Origin: an uncultured Thermoplasmatales archaeon
Lineage (GTDB): Archaea > Thermoplasmatota > Penumbrarchaeia > Penumbrarchaeales > Penumbrarchaeaceae
Assembly (NCBI GenBank): GCA_964563055.1
Contig: CAZLVP010000011.1
Span: 4,367 to 68,366 of the forward strand
DNA length: 64,000 nt
Direction of reading: 5' to 3'
Under the pieces are notes generated by a model. The model did no database searches, was not told the DNA's origin, and saw only the letters and a program-made list of their open reading frames with translations. Shown in pieces: positions 53,171 through 61,836 of the stretch. A program made the translations under genes and the position numbers. Position 1 is the stretch's first letter, and each line of letters opens with the position of its first letter.

Positions 53171-53374
53171 ATTTGCTGGAGCAATACCTCTAAGGATAAT
53201 GTAGATACATTCTAAGGGTTGTTTGTCAATTTCATATAACCCCTCTTAAGCGAACAAAATCTACGCTCCCATTTTTTTGTACGCAGTACAACGATTGTTC
53301 AATGGTAATTATTTCCAGGTTCATGCCATTCATCTGCCCGCAAAATACAAATAGTGATGCTCTGATTTGTTCGC

Positions 53375-54319
53375 GTGCCAGACAAGAAGAACGGCCGTTC
53401 CAAGGTCCTGCCCGACAAGGAGCCTCCAAGTAGGAAGAGACCTGAGCTCATGCTCCTGGCCATTGCTGTGGCACTTCTACTTGTTACCATAGTCCTCTAT
53501 CTCGTATTCCCAAGGGGCGGTGGCGATGACATCGATGATGATAAAGGGCCATGGAGGGACATGACCAAGTTCAAGTACGCCTTGAACGGTCTCAACGATT
53601 ACACATACAAGGAGATATCCGGGACCCAAGACCTGACTCTCCTCACGACCCCATCTGACAGCCTATACATCCTCATAGGATTGGAGGAGGAGCTCGCCTC
53701 CTCGGACCTAACTAGGATCAAGGGTTTCCTTGAGGGAGGGGGGAAGGTGATGGTTATCGATGATGGTACCAATGCGAACGACCTTTCCGATTTCTTGCAG
53801 GGATCATCAGGGGGCAGGGTACAGTTCACAGGGCACAAATACCTGGTCGACAAGCGGCTCACGGACCTCGGTGACGACAGGGGTTTCCTCTACAACCTGA
53901 ACTTCGTGAAGTGTCTCGTCCACCCCGACATCTACTACCCTCTCGAGATAATAGCTCACAGACCCAATGGTTTCGGACTGCCCGATCTGGGTTCAGGCAT
54001 GCTCAAGTGCAAGATGAACCTGACCGTCATAGACAACAACGACAACGAAGAGATGGACCTTGAGGACACGTTCCGGTCCTACGGACCTGTCTGTGTGGAG
54101 GTCGATATTGGGACAAATGGCGGAGTGGTCCAGTACTTCTCGACCTCCGGAATCTTCACCGACAATGTCATGGACATCCAGACAGGGGGTCAGAAGAACA
54201 ATGAGAGGTTCGTTCTGGCGAACCTTGACCATCTCCTCCCCTCTGGGGGACATATATATTACGACCCATCCAAACAGACCAATGCCTTCTCCCCGCATAA
54301 CGAGATACTGCCAGGGTGA
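53375..54319 (+). CDS. N-terminally anchored extracytoplasmic protein, possibly DUF4350-like
   Basis: Basic N-terminus and TM LMLLAIAVALLLVTIVLYLVF. LYILIGLEEEL...IKGFLEGGGKVMVIDDG resembles DUF4350. GTG start. Confidence 0.4.
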   Translation: MPDKKNGRSKVLPDKEPPSRKRPELMLLAIAVALLLVTIVLYLVFPRGGGDDIDDDKGPWRDMTKFKYALNGLNDYTYKEISGTQDLTLLTTPSDSLYILIGLEEELASSDLTRIKGFLEGGGKVMVIDDGTNANDLSDFLQGSSGGRVQFTGHKYLVDKRLTDLGDDRGFLYNLNFVKCLVHPDIYYPLEIIAHRPNGFGLPDLGSGMLKCKMNLTVIDNNDNEEMDLEDTFRSYGPVCVEVDIGTNGGVVQYFSTSGIFTDNVMDIQTGGQKNNERFVLANLDHLLPSGGHIYYDPSKQTNAFSPHNEILPG

Positions 54320-54325
54320 TCTGTA

Positions 54326-54997
54326 ATGGATAATGCGGGGAAGATGACCGACCTCCTGATCGCCGATGTGCCAGGTCCCTCCACGCTGCGTGCGCCTCCG
54401 GGCTACAAGGGGAAGAGCAGAGCCATCTTCCTTGACAGGGACGGGGTGTTGAACGAGGAGAAGCTTCATCTTCACAGGAGTGAGGACCTGAGGGTCATAG
54501 AGGGGGTCCAGGATGCCTTGACCACGTTCCGTGGGATGGGATACATACTTGTGGTCGTCACGAACCAGGGTGGGATAGGTAAGGGACTTTTCACGGTCGA
54601 GGACTTCATAGAGGTCATGACGGCCCTCAAGAGGGACCTTGGACCCGGTCTATCCTGGGACAGGGCATATTTCTGCCCCTATGCAGTTGATGGAACTGTC
54701 CCTCTCTACACGGGGGAGCACCCGGATAGGAAGCCCCATCCCGGCATGCTTCTCAGGGCCGCTCTTGAACTGGACATAGACGTTCCATCATCCATAATGA
54801 TAGGGGACCACGTCAAGGACGTCCAAGCTGCACACAGGGCCGGCTGCCGTGCAGTGATGGTATTGACGGGGCACGGCAAAGTGGAGCTCATGGGGCTTAT
54901 AAACGAGGGGGTCCTTCCCGGGGACGAGCGATGGCCCGACCTCATAGCACAGGACCTTCTCACTGCTGCCAGGGCCATCAAGGAGGGATCGGTCTGA
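54326..54997 (+). CDS. HAD-IIIA phosphatase (D,D-heptose-1,7-bisphosphate phosphatase GmhB / histidinol-phosphatase-like)
   Basis: AIFLDRDGVLNEE (DxD motif I), VVVTNQGGIGKG, RKPHPGML, MIGDHVKDVQAAHRAG. Confidence 0.75.
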   Translation: MDNAGKMTDLLIADVPGPSTLRAPPGYKGKSRAIFLDRDGVLNEEKLHLHRSEDLRVIEGVQDALTTFRGMGYILVVVTNQGGIGKGLFTVEDFIEVMTALKRDLGPGLSWDRAYFCPYAVDGTVPLYTGEHPDRKPHPGMLLRAALELDIDVPSSIMIGDHVKDVQAAHRAGCRAVMVLTGHGKVELMGLINEGVLPGDERWPDLIAQDLLTAARAIKEGSV

Positions 54998-55779
54998 GAC
55001 TTCCTAAAGGGGTCGTCCTCGACCTAGATGGCACCCTTTGGAGGGGAAAGGAGCCTATCCCTGGCGCCGTGGATGCCGTCAATAGGCTCATTGCGGCGGA
55101 CATCCGCATCTGTTACCTAACTAACAATTCCACAAGGACAGGAAAGGAGATGCTGGAGAAGCTAAAGGGAATGGGCTTCCCCGAAGCACCGATCGTCGGC
55201 TCGTCCCAAGCGGCATCCCTCCTCCTTTCAGAAAGGCTGGGGAGCTCAAAATGCCTGGTCGTGGGTGAGAAGGGGTTGATGGATGAGCTGACGGCATGCG
55301 GGCATCGTGCTTTCATGGCCGGCAATGGTGTCAGAGGGCCCTTCGACGCCATAGTGGCAGGATTGGACAGGTCCTTCGATTACGATAAGCTCTCCGAAGC
55401 ATTGGATGCGCTGAGGTCGGGAGCCCTCTTCATAGCCACGAACGAGGACCATACGCTTCCCGTCGAAGGCGGCAGGGTCCTGCCGGGGGCCGGAACCATC
55501 ATCTCGGCCATCAGAACGGCATCTGGCAAGGTCCCCCTGGTCGCCGGTAAACCCGAACCCTATTCGACCCTCCTGGCAGTGAAAGAGCTCCTATGCAGCC
55601 CTCAAGATGTACTGGTCATAGGCGATAGGGCAGATATGGACGCGCTCGCTGGAAGGAGAGCGGGATGCATGACCGCATTGGTGATGACCGGGGATGACGT
55701 TCCTGGATCGGGAACGGACGTCCCACGCTACGAAAATATAGGTTCCCTTGTCGAGGGACTGCTCCCTCATGAGAAATAG
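54931..55779 (+). CDS. HAD-IIA phosphatase (NagD/PGPase-like)
   Basis: VVLDLDGTLWRG (motif I), CYLTNNSTR, AGKPEP, VIGDRADMD. The only in-frame canonical start is ATG 54931, overlapping the upstream gene by 67 nt, so the start is uncertain. Confidence 0.7.
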   Translation: MARPHSTGPSHCCQGHQGGIGLRLPKGVVLDLDGTLWRGKEPIPGAVDAVNRLIAADIRICYLTNNSTRTGKEMLEKLKGMGFPEAPIVGSSQAASLLLSERLGSSKCLVVGEKGLMDELTACGHRAFMAGNGVRGPFDAIVAGLDRSFDYDKLSEALDALRSGALFIATNEDHTLPVEGGRVLPGAGTIISAIRTASGKVPLVAGKPEPYSTLLAVKELLCSPQDVLVIGDRADMDALAGRRAGCMTALVMTGDDVPGSGTDVPRYENIGSLVEGLLPHEK

Positions 55780-55794
55780 TGGACCTGGACCGTC

Positions 55795-56601
55795 TCATCT
55801 CTTGAGGTATGGGGCGAGGGCATCCATCACGGACCTGCGTACGTTCTCTTCCGTGAAGGGCTCGACGTTCCCGGGCACATTAACGACAGGTACTCCGTGC
55901 TTACGGAGCAGCTCCATGGCAGGGACGACCTTGTCATAGTACTCCTTGAGCCTTGTCCTTATCCTCTCCTCTGTGTCGTCAGAGCGTTGAATGAGGGGGG
56001 AACCGCATTTGTCACAGCTCTTCCCGTCCTTGGATGGTTTGAACTTGATATGATAGACCTTTCCGCATGTCTTGCAGATCCTGCGGCCCATGGTCCTCTC
56101 GATAATGATCTTGTCATCGTTCTCCACTTCAACCACCAGATCGATGTGGGTCCCCTGTTCCCGGCAGAGGTCCAAAAGAAATGATGCCTGGTCAGGGGTC
56201 CTGGGATAACCGTCAAGGACCTGCCCCTTGTAGCCTCCCCTGGAGAAATACTCGGAGAACAGCTCGTTCGTTATGGTATCGGGAACGAACAGACCCCTGT
56301 TCATGAAGTACTTTGCCTTCAATCCCAGGATGACGGGTTTTATTTCCTTAAGGGTGGGGAGGGCCTTCCTCAATGCGGCCTCCATGACCTTATCAGGGAC
56401 GAACATACCCTTTGCTTGGTCGAAGAACACACCTATATCATCCTTGTAATCCGATGAATCGAATGCTCCCACGAACTCCCTGAAGATGTTCCCCGTTGAG
56501 AGCTGGGTCAACCCAAGCTCATTGACGAGCACATCTATCCTCGGCTGCTTTCCTGCCCCCGACCTGCCTGTCACGACAATATTGTCCGTTCTACTTGCCA
56601 T
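55795..56601 (-). CDS. adk: Adenylate kinase (bacterial/long type with a Cys4 zinc lid), atypical P-loop and an insertion
   Basis: LSTGNIFRE, VLDGYPRT, lid CKTCGKVYH...CDKCGSPLIQRSDD. The P-loop reads GRSGAGKQP rather than GxPGxGKGT. About 35 extra residues follow the STG motif. Confidence 0.75.
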   Translation of the reverse strand: MASRTDNIVVTGRSGAGKQPRIDVLVNELGLTQLSTGNIFREFVGAFDSSDYKDDIGVFFDQAKGMFVPDKVMEAALRKALPTLKEIKPVILGLKAKYFMNRGLFVPDTITNELFSEYFSRGGYKGQVLDGYPRTPDQASFLLDLCREQGTHIDLVVEVENDDKIIIERTMGRRICKTCGKVYHIKFKPSKDGKSCDKCGSPLIQRSDDTEERIRTRLKEYYDKVVPAMELLRKHGVPVVNVPGNVEPFTEENVRRSVMDALAPYLKR

Positions 56602-56629
56602 ATATCAACAACCCCCGTTCCTAAAAGGT

Positions 56630-56923
56630 TCACTTTGTCCGGCAGGGCCCGTCCTCATCGGCGAACCGGGCATCCTCTGCAGAGGCAGGCGGTTTAGAGC
56701 ATTGGGCCATAGGGACCTTCACCATGGACCTTCCGCAACATTCCGGGACCTGTCCGCCCTTGACCTTGGAAAGGGGAATGACCCTTTCGCAGTCCTCACA
56801 GAGGTAGACCTGTTCATCGTTCAAGAGGCTCACCTGCGGTCCTTGTATGGTCGGCGCATCTTTAAGGATTTTCCCCCTTTTTCCGAACCTGACCCTATGC
56901 CTTCTTGGACAATGCAGTGTCAT
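56630..56923 (-). CDS. Small desulforedoxin-like Cys4 metal-binding protein
   Basis: YLCEDCERVIPLSKVKGGQVPECCGRSMVKV reproduces the desulforedoxin CxxC...CC spacing. It overlaps the upstream J-protein stop by 29 nt. Confidence 0.5.
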   Translation of the reverse strand: MTLHCPRRHRVRFGKRGKILKDAPTIQGPQVSLLNDEQVYLCEDCERVIPLSKVKGGQVPECCGRSMVKVPMAQCSKPPASAEDARFADEDGPCRTK

Positions 56924-58187
56924 GGGCGAGCTTCTTTACAGGGTCCAACAGTGTCTCCCTGGCATGGTTCAAAATGGTCATCTCCTCCACAGCAAGCTCC
57001 CTGATCTTGGGCCCCATTCCCTCGACCTTGTCTGGATGGTATTGATGGGCCAGCCTCCTGTAGGCCTCCTTGATAATCTCCGAGGTCGCGTCCCTCGGCA
57101 CTTGAAGGGCTGCATAGCAGTCGATGGTCTCAAGTCTGACCGATCTCGAAAGGCCTGTAAGGAGCTCTCTCTTCATAGCTGCGTAATCCTCTGGTGAGAC
57201 GAGCTGCCTGTCCCTGAGCATTCGGAGGTCCCTGAGCCTGTTCAGCATCGTTTCGGTCCCTATGGTCCTACCCTCGGTCAGGTAGATGAGGTCCTCCAGG
57301 TCATCATCAGATGTTAGGTCCAGCTCCAGTTCGTTCTGTTCCATTACGAACTCCTCTCCCTTGCTCAGGTCCTCCCCTTCTGTCTCTGGGGGCGAGGGCT
57401 GGGTCTTGTAAGAAGCACCTGTCGCACCTCCGAAGAAATAAGCGTCCAGGTTCGTCGAGGGGGATTCGATCTCAGCCTCCCGAACCCCTGCATCATGTTC
57501 TGTCTCGTCCAGGTGGCGTCCGATATCGGCAAGGTCCACCATCCCTATCGGGGAAAAGACCTTCAAAATGGTCCTTTCGGCCATTTTACCGACCTCATCG
57601 TTGCGGTCGGTCATAATGAACAGGGCACGGGCAAGTCCTGACCTGATCATGTCAGGACCGAGGTCCCTCATAGCCAGCTCATCGACCAGCCTCAAGGCCA
57701 AGCTGCCTTCCTCCTGCTCGCTCGAAAGTATCAATGAACCTAGGGCCTTCGAGCCGTCTGCATAGACCACCGCTTCGGCATGTCCTCCTTGGACCACCTC
57801 GAAGAGGCAAAATAGTCCGTACTTACGAACGAATAGGTCCTGGTCCTTCAGAAGGCCAACCACATTCCCGATGCGACCCGACCCATAGACATCTTCCACC
57901 CCGAAACGGATGAGGAACCAGTACAGGGACCGGACCGCATATGCCCTGAGGGTAAGGACAGGGCTATTGAGCAATGATAGTACGGCCTCCAGTACCAGCG
58001 CTTTCTCATCCTCTTTTACGGAATTGGTCTCAAGAAGGTCGCCCAAGAGCCTCAACGAGCGTGCGGAGACCTCCACGTCCTTATCCGATGATGACTTTGC
58101 TAGACCTTTAGCGTCACCTGCGGCCTCCATCCTTTCAATGTCATCTGCCTTTTTCCCCCTGCTGCCTAGCAATGACAGGCCTGACAT
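56895..58187 (-). CDS. HEAT-repeat / SHOCT-like / C-terminal J-domain protein
   Basis: J domain DCYAALQVPRDATSEIIKEAYRRLAHQYHPDKV (HPD present). SHOCT-like LNRLRDLRMLRDRQLVSPEDYAAMKRELL. The N-terminal half has HEAT/PBS-lyase-like repeats. Confidence 0.65.
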   Translation of the reverse strand: MSGLSLLGSRGKKADDIERMEAAGDAKGLAKSSSDKDVEVSARSLRLLGDLLETNSVKEDEKALVLEAVLSLLNSPVLTLRAYAVRSLYWFLIRFGVEDVYGSGRIGNVVGLLKDQDLFVRKYGLFCLFEVVQGGHAEAVVYADGSKALGSLILSSEQEEGSLALRLVDELAMRDLGPDMIRSGLARALFIMTDRNDEVGKMAERTILKVFSPIGMVDLADIGRHLDETEHDAGVREAEIESPSTNLDAYFFGGATGASYKTQPSPPETEGEDLSKGEEFVMEQNELELDLTSDDDLEDLIYLTEGRTIGTETMLNRLRDLRMLRDRQLVSPEDYAAMKRELLTGLSRSVRLETIDCYAALQVPRDATSEIIKEAYRRLAHQYHPDKVEGMGPKIRELAVEEMTILNHARETLLDPVKKLAHDTALSKKA

Positions 58188-58347
58188 AGGACCCTACTCT
58201 CCAGCTCCCTGTTCACGAACATCATGGCATCAATTATTATTTATGGTTCATCCCCGCATGTGCATCCCTCGTGCGGAATTCGGTCACCGTATCAGGGTCA
58301 GGTCATAATTCGCGCATTCTAAATATGGAAAAAGAGCTTCCGGGGCG

Positions 58348-58875
58348 ATGCCGGACGCATATAAGGGTTCCATAATGAACCTGGACCTCAAGGGGAAACT
58401 GCACTTCTGGGTCTACCTCTACCTTATTCCAGTGGTACTTCTATCTTTGACCATACCCCTTATCTTTCTTACCGACCTATGGCCTATAATGCTTATCCCC
58501 GGCCTACTCTCGCTCTTAGGCTCACTGTCCCTCTCAGGGTCCTTTCTCAAAGGCCACTCCCTCAGGTTCACGAAGGATGGGATGGAATATTCTAGGGGCT
58601 GGTACAAAGGATCGATATCCTACGCATCTATAAGATGCGTTTACAGGATCACAGCCCAGGGCAAGGACACGGTGATGATTGTTTTCACCAAGAGGACAGG
58701 CCCAGTTGTCCTGAACAGGCGCTTCATTGTCGATCAGTCCTTTTCGACGCAGGACAGGGCCTCCATCTTCCGGAGGATCACGGCCAATGGCAAGAACAGG
58801 TTCAGGGTCGAGAAGGATTCCTCCCTTTCACAGATAAGGGCCGAGAGATCATCTTTGGGTTGGAGCTCCGTCTGA
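58348..58875 (+). CDS. Hypothetical membrane protein (2 TM plus a soluble PH-like C-terminal region)
   Basis: FWVYLYLIPVVLLSLTIPLIFL and WPIMLIPGLLSLLGSLSLSG hydrophobic segments. No recognisable catalytic motif. Confidence 0.4.
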   Translation: MPDAYKGSIMNLDLKGKLHFWVYLYLIPVVLLSLTIPLIFLTDLWPIMLIPGLLSLLGSLSLSGSFLKGHSLRFTKDGMEYSRGWYKGSISYASIRCVYRITAQGKDTVMIVFTKRTGPVVLNRRFIVDQSFSTQDRASIFRRITANGKNRFRVEKDSSLSQIRAERSSLGWSSV

Positions 58876-58897
58876 CCCTAGGGATGGAACGGACCTC

Positions 58898-59155
58898 TCA
58901 GTCCACCGTATATATCCTGTTCCTTGACAGGTGCTCATAGACCATCGCACGTCTCTCCTCTGAGGCGGCATGGACGTTAAGGAGCAGCTCATTGCGCCTG
59001 ACCATGTCCTTGGCCTTCCTACCCATCTCTGTAACGCTCGAGACCTCCACCCTGTCCATTGGTGAGATGTCCATGTCATCAAGCATCTGCTCCGACATGA
59101 ACACTGTCCTATGGCCTCCTGTGGACAGGTCGAGCCTCTGGCATCTGGCCTGCAT
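58898..59155 (-). CDS. Hypothetical small protein (66-85 aa)
   Basis: An ORF on the same strand as, and downstream of, the iorA2B2 pair. No recognisable motif. The start may be the internal MSEQML. Confidence 0.25.
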   Translation of the reverse strand: MQARCQRLDLSTGGHRTVFMSEQMLDDMDISPMDRVEVSSVTEMGRKAKDMVRRNELLLNVHAASEERRAMVYEHLSRNRIYTVD

Positions 59156-59192
59156 CTGAAACCCCGAAGGGGTATTTTCAATGACCTTTAAT

Positions 59193-59818
59193 TCAGTTGC
59201 TGAGGTCCGGGTGAGGTTCGCAGACCTTTGAGGCCTGCCAGTCCTTGAAGGCCTTCTCTCCGAGCTCGAAGGCCTTGAAGTTCGCCTCGACCATGTTCTG
59301 CGGCACCCTGGCCTTTATGGCAGCAAGGAGGGAGTCCCTGGAGATGGGCAGCTCGTTCGATGCGCTGAGGGTCCCCAGCATCACCACATTGGTCATTATG
59401 ACCGACCCTGCCTTGATAGCAAGATGGGTCGCATCGACGTCGACGAGGTCCTGTGTGGTCTGGATCCTCTCGATGATCTGGCATACATCGGGATACTTGG
59501 ACAGCCCAAGGTGGGAGTCGACCCCGACGAACGGTTCGTTGTTGAGTATGACCTTGGCACCTCTTTTGAGCAGTTTCAGCTGCCTCAATGCCTCCAATGG
59601 CTCGAAGGCAAGCAACATATCCCCTTTCCTCTGGGGTACCAGAACACCCTTGGCGTCAGGTCCTATCCTGAGGTGGGAAACGACGGTCCCACCCCGCTGA
59701 GCAAGACCGTGGACCTCTCCTACCCTGACATCGGTCCCTTCCTTGAGGGCCGCTTCGGCGATTATCCTGGTCGTGAGCACGACACCGTTGCCCCCGACAC
59801 CGGCAAGGACTATGTTCA
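59193..59818 (-). CDS. iorB: Indolepyruvate:ferredoxin oxidoreductase beta subunit (copy 2)
   Basis: MNIVLAGVGGNGVVLTTRIIAEAALKEGTDVRVGEVHGLAQRGGTV. Start set to ATG 59818, overlapping the iorA2 stop. The longer track ORF is an artefact. Confidence 0.8.
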
Positions 59819-61774
59819 TTTGGGCACCTCCTTCCTGATGGTCATGCCAAGCACACCTTCCTTCTTCCCCGGTATGGATATGGCATTGAACGGACAGGTC
59901 TGCAAGCAGAGGCCGCAACCGTTGCAGTGGGAGAGGACCTCCATATGCGGTTTCGGGTCCTGGCTCCAACCGAAGGCGGGGCAGCCTATCTTCTTCATAC
60001 ATACCTTGCACCCTGTGCATTTCCCGACATCCACGACCGCGACGGGCATCTTCAACTTCCGCTTCCTGAGGTTCCTCTCCACCACCAGCGCGCAGGGCGA
60101 CCTTGAGATAAGGACAGAGGGTCCATCGTAATCGACCTCCTCCATCACCGCTTCCACCAAGGCCTTAGTATCGAAGGAATTTATCACCTTGACATGCTCA
60201 ACACCAAGGGCCTCGACCACCTTCTTCAGGTTGGTGAACGGGGCTGGCATTCCCATGAGGTTCTGTCCACTACCTGGGTTCACCTGATGCCCCGTCATGG
60301 CCGTTATGGAATTATCGAAGATGAGCACGGTGATATTGGACCGGTTATGGACCGCGTTCAGCAAGGAGGGAATCCCTGCATGATAGAAGGTCCCATCCCC
60401 GATGACCGCAAGGGCCGGTTCGGCCGAGCCCGAGTGGAAGATGCCAGATGCCATGGCTATGGAAGCTCCCATGCATATGCAGGTGTCCATACCCTCCAGG
60501 GGCTCATAGGCGCCCTGGTTGTAGCAGCCCCTGTCACCCATCACCGAACCGCCCTTTCCCTTCTTCCTGATGGCCTCCTTTATCGCGAAATAGCTGGCCC
60601 TGTGAGGGCAACCAGCACATAGGGCAGGGATCCTGGGTGTGATGAGCTTCTCTGCCTCGACATAGGGCTCCGTGAGCTCCTCCCTGAACTTGATGCCAAA
60701 GACCTTTCCCAGAGCGTCCCCGACAAGGTCCGGGTTCAGCTCCCCGCTCCATGGAAGGATGTTATCGTCCTTGCCAATGATCCTGGCCGAGAGCCTTCTG
60801 TGCTGGGCGAGGGCCCTGACCTGCATCTCGGTAACATTGTCCCCTTCCTCGACTATCATGACCTGGTCCAGCTCCCTGATGAAGGACTCTATGAGGTTCT
60901 CCGGGATGGGGAACGTCGTCGCTAGCTTCAGGACCCTTGCACTAAGGCCCATGGCCTCAACGACCTCCTCGACATAAGGATAGGTCAGCCCCGAAGCGAT
61001 TATCCCGAAGGTGTTGAAAATCGAACCCCTGGAGAACTGTTTACCGTTCTGGAAGTCCTTGACCTTGTTCCATTTGTTCTGATCGTTTATCAGCTTGGCC
61101 TTCTCGATCTTCTCACGTAGGAGCTTCTGTCTGGGCCTGCTGTAGGTCGAAATCATCACGAACCTCTTCTTGTCCTTGATGAACTTACCGTCCCTCTTTG
61201 GTTTGGTAAGCTCTCCCAGCTCGACCGGGAAGGAGGAGTGACATATCCTTGGCGTTATCCTGACGAACACGGGGAGCTCCAGCTGTTCCGAGAGCTCGAA
61301 GGCGTACTTCGCCATGTCCTTCGCTTCCTGTCCGTCGGCCGGTTCAAGGACCGGTGCCTTGGCCAGCATCCCGTAGAACCTGGTATCCTCGGCGTTCTGT
61401 GACGAGAACTGCTGCGGATCATCGGCGGTCACTATGACCAGTCCCGCCCTGACACCGGTGACCGTTACGACTGTCAGCGCGTCGGCTATGAGGTTGACGC
61501 CGAGCATCTTAGTGGCCATCATGGCCCTGACGCCCGAGAACGCCGCCCCTGCAGCGACCTCTATCGCGACCGCTTCGTTCACGGAGAACTCGGCCCAGAA
61601 GCCAATGTCAGGTGCGACCTCTCCCAGCGCCTCGACGACATTGGTCGCCGGCGTCCCAGGATATGCAGTGACCACCGAGACGCCCGCTTCCAGGCAGCCC
61701 CTTGCCACCGCTTCGTTCCCTGACATCAGGACCTTCTCACCAGCCGTTCCAAGTAATGGACCCTTGCCTTTCAT
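59816..61774 (-). CDS. iorA: Indolepyruvate:ferredoxin oxidoreductase alpha subunit (copy 2)
   Basis: GNEAVARGCLEAGVSVVTAYPGTPATNV, CAGCPHRA, GDGTFYHAG, CTGCKVCMKKIGCP / CNGCGLCLQTCP. Confidence 0.85.
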   Translation of the reverse strand: MKGKGPLLGTAGEKVLMSGNEAVARGCLEAGVSVVTAYPGTPATNVVEALGEVAPDIGFWAEFSVNEAVAIEVAAGAAFSGVRAMMATKMLGVNLIADALTVVTVTGVRAGLVIVTADDPQQFSSQNAEDTRFYGMLAKAPVLEPADGQEAKDMAKYAFELSEQLELPVFVRITPRICHSSFPVELGELTKPKRDGKFIKDKKRFVMISTYSRPRQKLLREKIEKAKLINDQNKWNKVKDFQNGKQFSRGSIFNTFGIIASGLTYPYVEEVVEAMGLSARVLKLATTFPIPENLIESFIRELDQVMIVEEGDNVTEMQVRALAQHRRLSARIIGKDDNILPWSGELNPDLVGDALGKVFGIKFREELTEPYVEAEKLITPRIPALCAGCPHRASYFAIKEAIRKKGKGGSVMGDRGCYNQGAYEPLEGMDTCICMGASIAMASGIFHSGSAEPALAVIGDGTFYHAGIPSLLNAVHNRSNITVLIFDNSITAMTGHQVNPGSGQNLMGMPAPFTNLKKVVEALGVEHVKVINSFDTKALVEAVMEEVDYDGPSVLISRSPCALVVERNLRKRKLKMPVAVVDVGKCTGCKVCMKKIGCPAFGWSQDPKPHMEVLSHCNGCGLCLQTCPFNAISIPGKKEGVLGMTIRKEVPK

Positions 61775-61836
61775 ATTGTTTCACATCCGGTTTCTTGTTC
61801 CGTTCGTCCTTTCCACGGTTATCTTTCTCCCATACC

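Noticed and set aside
53232-53490. Small minus-strand ORFs (63-65 aa) at the right border of the AT-rich islet as possible extra cassette genes
   Set aside because: They have no motif and no RBS or TATA context. They overlap the 5' end of the plus-strand membrane protein gene, so they are probably non-coding.
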